A stretch of 64,000 nt of DNA, from assembly GCA_964449975.1 (NCBI GenBank), contig CAYVED010000005.1:2861-66860 (forward strand), read 5' to 3'. The notes beneath the pieces are model-generated. The model saw nothing but the letters and a program-made list of their open reading frames with translations. It was not told the DNA's origin and searched no databases. The position numbers and the translations under genes were made by a program. Within the stretch, counting starts at the first letter, position 1. Each line of letters begins with the position of its first letter. Below, in pieces: positions 55,770 through 64,000 of this stretch. Origin of the DNA: an uncultured Muribaculaceae bacterium (lineage in GTDB: Bacteria > Bacteroidota > Bacteroidia > Bacteroidales > UBA932).

Positions 55770-58700
55770 ATGCAATGCACTATCCCCGAAATGAAATCAA
55801 AAGCTACCCGTGTTTTCATAATTTTTCTGTTTTCTACAATATTTTCCTGCGTTTTCCCTACCGTTTCACGCGGGGAGGATTCTACAAAACAAATAATCTC
55901 GGCCAGAGGAGATCGGGCATATCCTCCTTTTGAGTTTATCAATGAGAAAGGAGAGCCGGACGGATTCAACGTGGAGTTATTCAAAGCCATTATGAAAGAG
56001 CTAGACCTGGAGTATAACCTACAGCTCATCAGATGGGAAGAAGCGATGAAGCTTCTTAAAGAGAATAAAATCGATGCGATAACAGGAATGGCCTATTCTC
56101 CTTCGCGGGCAAGGATATATAATTTTTCATCGCCCCACAGTTATCTATACCAGAATATGATCTGCCGGAGAGATCATCCCGTAAACTCCCTGGAAGCCCT
56201 GGAAAACAAAGAGGTCATTTTACAAAACTTTGAAATATCAACCGATATAATTCTATCTTCCGGAATAAATTGTAATATCATCCTGACGGACAATATATAT
56301 GAAGGCCTGAAATTATTATCGGAAGGAAAACACGATGCGGCGATATGCGGGGATATTATAGCTAAATATATTATCGGGAAATACAAATTCAAGAATCTGG
56401 AAATAAGATATCTGCCGTCAATAAAACCGGTAAATTACGGTTTTGCCACAAATATAAACAATCCCCGTCTCCGTACAATGCTTAATATAGGAATGGAGAA
56501 ACTGAAAGAAAACGGAACATACAGCCGGATATATAATAAATGGTTTTCAGATGACCGGAAACAGGATATATCTTCACCCGTCTATATAATCATAGCGGTG
56601 CTGGCAGCCATAATATTAATCTCATTTATAACCATATATATCATAAGAAGGCATATACGCAATGTAACCGGGGAGCTTAACGCCCTTAATGAAGATATGT
56701 CCGAAACTCTCCTGCGCACCCATCTGGCAATGAAAAAAAGCAACCTCATACAATGGGATTATGATTGCCGGAAAAGAACGTTGAGAACCCTGGATAATTT
56801 TATATCCGTAACAGCGGACTTTAAATCCGAAAAAGATTATTTCAAAAATATACATCCCAACGATTTTCATAAAATATCCTCAGTTCTGGAAAGAATGAAC
56901 AGAAGGGAAGATTTTGAATACACCATAGATATAAGGATGAAATATCCGGATAAAAAGGAGTGGCAGTATGTAAGTATAGACGGCGTCCCGGTAAAAGACA
57001 AAAAGGGAAAAATTATAAAATATACCGGGTTCCGCAGGAACAACACAAATTTTGTAAAACTGAACGAACAGATCAAAGAGAAAAACCTGCATCTTAACCT
57101 GGCTTTACAGGCAGGATATATCATTCCCATGATTATAGACACCGAGACCGATACGGTGTACATATCTATGCGTGAACACAGCCGGACAACAAACATCACA
57201 TCATCAGGAAAACCCATCAGTACAATGATGTCGAACGTACATCCGGACGACAGGGAACGCATCATAAAAATTTTTCATGACCTGAAAAACGGATTAATAA
57301 GAAAGGCCGGCGACGAAATACGTTATTACAGCGACGACCGCAACGAAAACCATTTTGAACTTAACTACATCGGAACCAACTTCGACCAACAGGGCAAACC
57401 GGGTAAAATCGTGGGATATTCTCAGAATATTACGGAACGTAAAAAAGCCGGATTGGCGCTTAAACAGCAGAAAGAGTTCATAAGCAATATTCTTAACCTG
57501 CTTCCTTTTCCCGTTCATATAAAAGATGTGGATAATAACGGTACATATATATACTGGAACAGGGAAAGCGAAAAGTTTCTGGGCAATTTCCTGTCGCAAT
57601 CCGCAACGAACCTGCTTGAAAGCGGCACAGCAAATGCAATATCCGAAATAGACCGGGAAGTATACGACAGCGGTAAACCTTATATCAACCAGGAAACCCT
57701 GATAACGAAAGATGGAAAAGAGTTAAGCACTATAGTACATAAGAATGTAATTCATTACGGTAATAAAAAACTTTTACTGGTAGTAAGATGGGATATTGGA
57801 GAACAGAAAGAATTATACCGTAAATCGAAGATACTCTCAACCTCGATGCAGGCGCTTAAAGCATATACCTGGTATTGCGATCTGAGGGATGGAATTCTTA
57901 AATTCGGGGAAGGATTCGATCAGACCGGAGGTTCTGCCGAAGAGATGAACAGCATTATCAAATTCGCCCGGAAAATACATCCGGCATACCGGCAAAACTT
58001 CATTGACTTTATGGATGATTTTTGTAAACGGGACTGCGGGGATTTTGCCCTGGAATACGAAATAGATTATACGGGAAACGGAAATTACGAATGGTGGGAA
58101 TGCAGGGGTGTAATGGATATAGAGACATCCAACAATATCTCTTACAAATATATATACGGTATATATATAAATATTTCAAGGCATAAGGAAGTAGAACTGG
58201 ACCTGCTTCGGACAAAAAGCAAGCTTGACAGGCTTAATAAACAAAACGAATTGATCCTTAATAATACAAACTCAGGGCTTGTATTCCTGGATAACAACTA
58301 TGTAATACAATGGGAGAATCTATCTTCATATCTACCAACTCATCCTATACTCTCAAAATACAAAAAAGGAGCCGTATGTCATAACTCCGTAAAAGAACTG
58401 GAGACACCTTGTCCGGACTGTCTCGTAGAAAAGTCACGCCGTTCCCTGAAAATGGAATTCCGGGAAATGACCCTGTGCGGAATAACGGCAGAACTGACAT
58501 CCGTTCCTGTTTTTAATGAAGATAATATATTGATAGGTTCGGTACTTAAAATAGTAAATATAACCGACAAGCGCAAAATAATTCTCGAACTGGAGAGGGC
58601 CAAAAACAGTGCGGAAAAGACAAACAGGCTCATGCAGAACATTTACGACAGGCTGCCGTGCATGCTGTTCATAAAAGACGTAACGGACGATTACAGATAC

Positions 58701-59684
58701 ATAGTCGCAAACAGTTATTTCTGTAAAGCATTGGGAAAACCGGGAAATATGATTATAGGGAAGACCGATTTTGAAATATTTTCACGGAACGAGGCAGAGA
58801 GATTCCGTGCCGACGATACGATAGCGACAGGAATGAAAGAACCTCATATTTTTGAAGAAGATACATATTGGCTGGGAAAACACACGGTATGGCAAACTAC
58901 AAAATCCGTTATGGAAGCAATTAACGGGCATAAGATTATTATCGGACTTTCACTGGATGTAACTGATAAAATAGAATCCTATAAAGAACTGGAAGAGGCA
59001 AAAGAAAAAGCCGAACAATCGAATAAACTCAAGTCGGCTTTTCTTGCAAATATGAGCCACGAAATACGTACCCCTCTGAATGCTATCGTAGGGTTTTCCA
59101 ATTTAATAGCATATTCGGATAACAATGAAGAAAAGAGAGAATATTATAACATAATAAACATCAATAACGAATTATTACTGCATCTGATAGGAGATATTCT
59201 GGATCTTTCGAAAATAGAGGCCGGTATGCTGGAGTTGAAACCCGAACAATTCAATGTGGAGGAATTGTTCGTCAGCCTGAAATATACATTTGCCCGACGC
59301 GTAAAATCTTCGGATGTCAAACTTATCTGTGAAACCCCTGGCAAGGATACATTTGTATATCTGGATAAAAACAGATTCACCCAGGTGATAACCAATTTTG
59401 CTAATAATGCGGTGAAATTCACACCTAAAGGAGAAATAAGGATAGGCTACATCCATGAAAACGAAGGGGTCAGGATATATGTATCCGATACCGGTATAGG
59501 TATTGCTCCCGACAAAATAGGTAAAGTATTCGAACGTTTTGAAAAACTGGACGATTTCGCGCAGGGCACGGGACTCGGCATGGCTATATGCAAAGCAATA
59601 ACGGATGCTTCCGGAGGAACCATAGGAGTGGAATCGAAGTTCGGATACGGTTCTACTTTCTGGGCATGGTTCCCGCTTACATAG
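55770..59684 (+). CDS. large sensor histidine kinase (periplasmic solute-binding domain, TM, multiple PAS, HisKA, HATPase, no receiver)
   Basis: SBP_bac_3-like N-terminus (YPPFEFINEKGEPDGFNVELFKAI), TM IIIAVLAAIILISFITIYII, several PAS-like repeats, H-box MSHEIRTPLNAI and G-box GTGLGMAICK. The protein ends right after the ATPase domain. The start may be 55791. Confidence 0.85.
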   Translation: MQCTIPEMKSKATRVFIIFLFSTIFSCVFPTVSRGEDSTKQIISARGDRAYPPFEFINEKGEPDGFNVELFKAIMKELDLEYNLQLIRWEEAMKLLKENKIDAITGMAYSPSRARIYNFSSPHSYLYQNMICRRDHPVNSLEALENKEVILQNFEISTDIILSSGINCNIILTDNIYEGLKLLSEGKHDAAICGDIIAKYIIGKYKFKNLEIRYLPSIKPVNYGFATNINNPRLRTMLNIGMEKLKENGTYSRIYNKWFSDDRKQDISSPVYIIIAVLAAIILISFITIYIIRRHIRNVTGELNALNEDMSETLLRTHLAMKKSNLIQWDYDCRKRTLRTLDNFISVTADFKSEKDYFKNIHPNDFHKISSVLERMNRREDFEYTIDIRMKYPDKKEWQYVSIDGVPVKDKKGKIIKYTGFRRNNTNFVKLNEQIKEKNLHLNLALQAGYIIPMIIDTETDTVYISMREHSRTTNITSSGKPISTMMSNVHPDDRERIIKIFHDLKNGLIRKAGDEIRYYSDDRNENHFELNYIGTNFDQQGKPGKIVGYSQNITERKKAGLALKQQKEFISNILNLLPFPVHIKDVDNNGTYIYWNRESEKFLGNFLSQSATNLLESGTANAISEIDREVYDSGKPYINQETLITKDGKELSTIVHKNVIHYGNKKLLLVVRWDIGEQKELYRKSKILSTSMQALKAYTWYCDLRDGILKFGEGFDQTGGSAEEMNSIIKFARKIHPAYRQNFIDFMDDFCKRDCGDFALEYEIDYTGNGNYEWWECRGVMDIETSNNISYKYIYGIYINISRHKEVELDLLRTKSKLDRLNKQNELILNNTNSGLVFLDNNYVIQWENLSSYLPTHPILSKYKKGAVCHNSVKELETPCPDCLVEKSRRSLKMEFREMTLCGITAELTSVPVFNEDNILIGSVLKIVNITDKRKIILELERAKNSAEKTNRLMQNIYDRLPCMLFIKDVTDDYRYIVANSYFCKALGKPGNMIIGKTDFEIFSRNEAERFRADDTIATGMKEPHIFEEDTYWLGKHTVWQTTKSVMEAINGHKIIIGLSLDVTDKIESYKELEEAKEKAEQSNKLKSAFLANMSHEIRTPLNAIVGFSNLIAYSDNNEEKREYYNIININNELLLHLIGDILDLSKIEAGMLELKPEQFNVEELFVSLKYTFARRVKSSDVKLICETPGKDTFVYLDKNRFTQVITNFANNAVKFTPKGEIRIGYIHENEGVRIYVSDTGIGIAPDKIGKVFERFEKLDDFAQGTGLGMAICKAITDASGGTIGVESKFGYGSTFWAWFPLT

Positions 59685-59697
59685 CCGGCGGCAACGG

Positions 59698-60993
59698 CTA
59701 TTTACTGTTTATCGCATCTACAGGATTAAGATTGGCTCCTACCCAAGCCGGCATAAGTCCCGAAATCGTTCCTATTGCCGAAGCTATGGCTATCCCGTTT
59801 ACAATATTTGCAAATGAAAGTTGCATCGTAAACTGTCCCGTCGCCGGAATAATAAGTATTATTCCCGCTACCATTATAATTCCTATTATACCCCCTGCCA
59901 CTGCAAGAAAAGCCGCTTCAACGAGGAATTGTGTCATAATTACATATTTTTTCGCCCCGAGCGCCTTCTGTATCCCTATTATATTCGTCCGCTCCTTAAC
60001 CGAAACGAACATTATATTGGCGATCCCGAACCCTCCTATCAAAAGGGAGAATCCGGCTATAACCCAACCTACTTTATTGAGCATGGAAAATACGGACTGT
60101 ACCATATCGAGCAAAAAGGTCATCTGTATTATGGAAAAATTATCTTTCTCCCCGGGTTTCAATCTTCTCTGCGCCCTCATAAGAGTCTTTATTTCATCAA
60201 TAAAATCCTGCCGGGACACGCCTTCTTTAGGAGTAGCGAAAATAGAGTTATCAACCATTTTGGGATTAACCATATACCTGCCGAAATTAAGCGGGATCAA
60301 AACCGACTCGTCTGTCCGGAACATATCCGCCATGCTCTCGCCCCTCTTTTCGAAAACCCCTATAACTTCTGCCGAGTGGTTTCCTATTTTTATCCTTTTT
60401 CCTACCGCATCTTCACCCTTAAAGAGTTCTTCGGCTATTTCATAACCTATAATAGCCACAGGAGTCCCGTTCTTACTCTCCTCCTGTGAAAAGTAACGTC
60501 CGTTCTCAAGATCTATTTTGGTTATTTTATCGAAATCATATGTTACGCACCCTAACATAGCTCCGGATACGGAATTCCGGCCGTGTTTAACGGAAGAATT
60601 TAAAAATATGGTAAGCGATATTGCTCCCGCCATTCTGGAATTATTTTTAAGGAACCTGTAGTCCTCATAAGAAGTATTAGGTCTTTTAATGTATTCCCAC
60701 CAGCTATATTCGCCAAATCCTCCGGCATCGTCATCCCCGATACCCCATTTGGATATTTGTATCGTTTCGCTCGAAAAAGAATCGAACCCTTGCCGTACAT
60801 TATCCTGCAAGGCATCTATGGCAGAAAAAATGGCGACAATAGAGAAAATTCCGATACTGACCCCGAAAAGAGATAAAAATGTCCGGAATTTATCCCCTTT
60901 CAACTGGGAAAAAGCAAACGAAATACTCTCTTTTAATAATTTCGCAATTATTATGCTCTCCTTATATAACTTCTTTACCGCCATATCCTGCAT
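59698..60993 (-). CDS. ABC transporter permease (MacB/FtsX-like)
   Basis: N-terminal TM, MacB-like periplasmic domain, and a C-terminal FtsX domain (IGIQKALGAKKYVIMTQFLVEAAFLAVAGG). Confidence 0.8.
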   Translation of the reverse strand: MQDMAVKKLYKESIIIAKLLKESISFAFSQLKGDKFRTFLSLFGVSIGIFSIVAIFSAIDALQDNVRQGFDSFSSETIQISKWGIGDDDAGGFGEYSWWEYIKRPNTSYEDYRFLKNNSRMAGAISLTIFLNSSVKHGRNSVSGAMLGCVTYDFDKITKIDLENGRYFSQEESKNGTPVAIIGYEIAEELFKGEDAVGKRIKIGNHSAEVIGVFEKRGESMADMFRTDESVLIPLNFGRYMVNPKMVDNSIFATPKEGVSRQDFIDEIKTLMRAQRRLKPGEKDNFSIIQMTFLLDMVQSVFSMLNKVGWVIAGFSLLIGGFGIANIMFVSVKERTNIIGIQKALGAKKYVIMTQFLVEAAFLAVAGGIIGIIMVAGIILIIPATGQFTMQLSFANIVNGIAIASAIGTISGLMPAWVGANLNPVDAINSK

Positions 60994-61008
60994 ATTTGAT
61001 TTAAACCA

Positions 61009-63609
61009 CTATAACCCTATCTGTTTTTTTAACGCCCTGATAGCATCGAAAGCGTCAAGAGGTGACATCGTATTAATATCCATAGCTTTCAGCTTGTCTC
61101 TCAAATCCGATAACAAAGGATCTTCAAGCTGATAAAACGACAACTGTAAATTATCGCACGCCTTTTTATCCTTCACCTCCTTCTTCACAACCGGGCCTTT
61201 ATCTCTTCCCTTTTCCAGTTTATCCAGTATTTTCCGCGCCGAATCCACAACCTCCCTAGGCATTCCAGCCATAGCAGCAACATGTATACCGAAACTGTGT
61301 GCCACCCCCCCCGGACAAAGTTTGCGCAGAAATATGACTTTTTTATCTACCTCTTTCACCGATATATGATAATTCTTTACTCTCCCGCATATCTCCTCCA
61401 ATTCGTTAAGCTCATGATAATGAGTAGCAAACAAAGTTTTAGCCCTGTATTTATTTTTATGAATATATTCCACTATGGCCCATGCGATAGACATTCCGTC
61501 AAAAGTGCTCGTTCCGCGTCCTATCTCGTCAAGAAGTATAAGAGATCTTTCCGAAAGATTATGCAATATAGTGGAGGTCTCTATCATCTCCACCATAAAA
61601 GTAGATTCCCCGCGGGATATATTATCGGATGCGCCTACCCTTGTGAATATCTTATCGGCAATACCTATTGAAGCGCTCCGGGCGGGAACGAACGAACCTA
61701 TCTGAGCCATAAGCACTATGAGCGCCGTCTGTCTCAGCAGGGCGCTTTTACCGGCCATATTCGGGCCCGTAAGAATTATAATCTGGCGGGACTCGTTATC
61801 CATATACAGATCATTGGCAACATATTCCTCCCCAAGAGGCATAAGAGTCTCTATCACAGGATGGCGTCCCTGTTTAATATCCAGTTTAAGACTTTCGTCC
61901 ATTACAGGACGGCAATATTTATTTTCAACTGCAAGCATGGCAAATCCTGCCAGACAATCGAGGCGCGCGATAATATTGCTGTTCTTCTGTATGGCGGCTA
62001 TCTCTTTCTGAACGGAGGCAACAACCTGTAAATAAATTTTCTGCTCTAATTGAAGTATCCTGTCCTCCGCTCCAAGTATTTTCTCTTCATACTCTTTAAG
62101 TTCCTGTGTGATATATCGCTCCGCATTTACCAGAGTTTGTTTCCTTATCCAATCCCTGGGAACTTTATCTTTATGGGCGTTTCTGACTTCCAGATAATAT
62201 CCGAACACATTATTATAGCTTATCTTCAAAGAAGGTATTCCCGTTCTATCGCTTTCCCGTTGCTGTACATGCAGCAAATAATCCTTGCCGTGCCGTGCGA
62301 TCTCACGCAGTTGATCCAGCTCCTGATCGACCCCTCCGGCGATAATATCCCCTTTCCCGAAAGCGGCAGCCGGTTCTGCTGTCATTTTCGCATCTATCTC
62401 GGCATAAAGGTCTTCGAGAAGAGAAAGTTCTGCTGCATGATCCGGGGCCGCCCTCATTCCTATCTCTTTGACCGCCTCCATCTGCCCCAATCCCCTCTTT
62501 AACTGCATTATCTCTCTGGGCATTATTTTACCGGCGGCGGCCCTTGATGTTATTCTTTCAAGGTCTCCGACATTTCCTATCTTTTCCTGTATCTCGTTTC
62601 TATCCAAAGGGTTATCCACAAAATACTCCACAACTTTGTGCCTTCCCTCTATCTCCGTTAATTCTTTTACCGGCATAGCCAGCCAATTCCTTAACATCCT
62701 GGCACCTAAAGGAGAAGAGCATTTATCGATTACATCCAGCAAAGATACCCCGTCGCCTCCCGACGAAGAAAAGAGTTCGAGGTTCCTTACGGTAAACCTG
62801 TCCATCCACACGAAACTCCCTTTATCTATCCTGGAAATAGAGCAAAGATGAGCTACCCCTGTATTATGGTTCTGCTCCAGATAAAACAATATAGCCCCCG
62901 CTGCCGCAACTCCCAATATAAGTCCTTCTATACCAAACCCTTTAAGAGAGTGTAGGCCGAACTGCTTTTTAAGTTTATCATTACATGCTTCAGGTACGAA
63001 AGCCCATTCATCCATTACCGACAGATAATAATTATCCCCGAAACGTTCGCGGAATCCCGCCTGATACCCTTTTTGTACCACTACTTCTTTAGGAGTAAAA
63101 TTAGAAAGCAGTACCTCTATATACTCCAGCGGCCCTTCCGCAATTTTAAACGTTCCGGTAGATATATCCAGAAAAGCTATTCCTCCCTTATCCTGATAAA
63201 AATATACCGAACAAAGATAATTATTCTCCTTTTGCTCCAGCAGTTGCTCGTTATAGGCTATTCCCGGCGTAACGAGTTCGGTAACTCCGCGTTTAACTAT
63301 TTTCTTGGTGAGCTTGGGATCTTCAAGCTGATCGCATACGGCAACCTTATATCCGCTTCTTACGAGTTTCGGAAGATATGTCTCTATCGAATGATGAGGA
63401 AATCCGGCAAGTTCCACATGCTGGGCGGAACCGTTGGCCCGTTTCGTAAGAACGATCCCCAGTACTTTGCTGGCAATAACCGCATCATCCCCGAACGTCT
63501 CATAGAAATCCCCCACCCTGAATAAAAGCAAAGCATCGGGATGCTGTCTTTTCACCTCGAAATACTGCTTCATAAGAGGTGTTTCGACTATTTTCTTCTT
63601 CTCGTTCAT
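61009..63609 (-). CDS. mutS: DNA mismatch repair protein MutS
   Basis: TPLMKQYFEVKRQHPDALLLFRVGDFYE N-terminus, Walker A GPNMAGKS and STFMVEM/DEIGRGTST motifs. Length is 866 aa. Confidence 0.95.
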   Translation of the reverse strand: MNEKKKIVETPLMKQYFEVKRQHPDALLLFRVGDFYETFGDDAVIASKVLGIVLTKRANGSAQHVELAGFPHHSIETYLPKLVRSGYKVAVCDQLEDPKLTKKIVKRGVTELVTPGIAYNEQLLEQKENNYLCSVYFYQDKGGIAFLDISTGTFKIAEGPLEYIEVLLSNFTPKEVVVQKGYQAGFRERFGDNYYLSVMDEWAFVPEACNDKLKKQFGLHSLKGFGIEGLILGVAAAGAILFYLEQNHNTGVAHLCSISRIDKGSFVWMDRFTVRNLELFSSSGGDGVSLLDVIDKCSSPLGARMLRNWLAMPVKELTEIEGRHKVVEYFVDNPLDRNEIQEKIGNVGDLERITSRAAAGKIMPREIMQLKRGLGQMEAVKEIGMRAAPDHAAELSLLEDLYAEIDAKMTAEPAAAFGKGDIIAGGVDQELDQLREIARHGKDYLLHVQQRESDRTGIPSLKISYNNVFGYYLEVRNAHKDKVPRDWIRKQTLVNAERYITQELKEYEEKILGAEDRILQLEQKIYLQVVASVQKEIAAIQKNSNIIARLDCLAGFAMLAVENKYCRPVMDESLKLDIKQGRHPVIETLMPLGEEYVANDLYMDNESRQIIILTGPNMAGKSALLRQTALIVLMAQIGSFVPARSASIGIADKIFTRVGASDNISRGESTFMVEMIETSTILHNLSERSLILLDEIGRGTSTFDGMSIAWAIVEYIHKNKYRAKTLFATHYHELNELEEICGRVKNYHISVKEVDKKVIFLRKLCPGGVAHSFGIHVAAMAGMPREVVDSARKILDKLEKGRDKGPVVKKEVKDKKACDNLQLSFYQLEDPLLSDLRDKLKAMDINTMSPLDAFDAIRALKKQIGL

Positions 63610-63615
63610 AGCTTA

Positions 63616-63623
63616 CAAAAGTA
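63616..63623 (-). promoter_or_regulatory. candidate -7 promoter box (TACTTTTG) abutting the mutS start
   Basis: Minus-strand TAnnTTTG match ending 6 nt upstream of the mutS ATG (63609). Confidence 0.4.
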
Positions 63624-63735
63624 GAAAAAAAAGCCGATATTCCGTCATACCGCCAGGCCAAACTCATTTTCGATATAAATATTTTCTTTTTTGATTATCT
63701 TTACGGTGCAAAACCGAAAAATAAATTATGATAAT

Positions 63736-64000
63736 ATGAAACTTAAACACATTTCAGGCTATATTTTAGCCGCGTCCATTGCGCTGGGCATATTTTCATG
63801 TGCGCAATCCTCAAAACAAGAGCTACTGGAAAAAGAGTTATATTCCGTAATGGAAAAGAACAAAGCCGCAGGCCTGGCTGTAGTTGCGGTTGAAAACGGT
63901 AAAATAGTATATGATAAATCTTTCGGATACAAAGATCTTGAGAATAAGGCAGAGCTTAAAAACGGAGATATTTTCCGTATCGCCTCTATTTCAAAATCCT
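63736..64000 (+). CDS. serine hydrolase / class C beta-lactamase-family lipoprotein (5' partial, runs off the window)
   Basis: Lipobox GIFSCAQ, GLAVVAVENGKIVY, and an S-x-x-K motif (ASISKS) at the window edge. Confidence 0.65.
   Translation, partial: MKLKHISGYILAASIALGIFSCAQSSKQELLEKELYSVMEKNKAAGLAVVAVENGKIVYDKSFGYKDLENKAELKNGDIFRIASISKS

Noticed and set aside
59588-60445. 285-aa plus-strand ORF overlapping the kinase 3' end and antisense to the FtsX-like permease
   Set aside because: The apparent hydrophobicity mirrors the TM-rich permease on the other strand. There is no independent start context or motif, and it overlaps two confident genes.
1-64000. Search for CRISPR arrays, prophage, integrative elements, toxin-antitoxin pairs or known defense systems
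   Set aside because: I found no regularly spaced direct repeats and no integrase, recombinase, phage structural, restriction-modification, Cas, Abi or toxin-like ORFs. The only mobile-DNA trace is the degraded IS at 7436-7851. A profile-HMM scan such as DefenseFinder or PADLOC would be needed to exclude remote homologs.

Overview
This is a 64-kb chromosomal segment from a Bacteroidota genome, probably Bacteroidales-like. The lineage call rests on SusC/SusD, GldH, an S46 dipeptidyl-peptidase, split transketolase, TAnnTTTG-type promoter boxes and the absence of Shine-Dalgarno sequences. I call about 57 protein-coding genes. Most are housekeeping: trmB, trxA, sdaA, kbl, secG, kdsB, lepA, rnhB, aspS, rsmA, mutS, an EF-G paralog, an Mrp ATPase and transketolase. 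They are interspersed with envelope and regulatory modules: two ECF sigma/anti-sigma clusters, a PspC-PadR-PspC operon, an enzyme-less ECF/FecR-controlled SusC/SusD pair, a sigma-54 activator operon and a very large orphan sensor kinase. I saw no rRNA, tRNA, CRISPR array, prophage or recognisable defense island. The only mobile DNA is a roughly 416-bp internally deleted IS remnant with inverted repeats. The most interesting signal is non-coding. A roughly 98-nt element occurs three times (13004-13101, 45585-45682, 48461-48558), each time in the sense orientation just upstream of a gene for an envelope or exported protein. This suggests a shared promoter/operator or 5'-leader RNA defining a small envelope regulon. 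Other observations worth a second look:
- a recurrent TTTAAACGT-ATG-AA start context at seven minus-strand starts
- a 104-bp nested palindrome plus a C8 tract upstream of a lone glycosyltransferase
- -7 boxes abutting start codons, which would imply leaderless mRNAs
- an 11-aa tandem repeat in the sigma-54 activator
- two envelope genes separating the transketolase subunit genes
- an AraC-type regulator lacking its HTH domain
- apparent hydrophilic insertions in several housekeeping proteins

All protein calls come from motif recognition by eye. No database search was run, and coordinates of starts, promoters and terminators are predictions.
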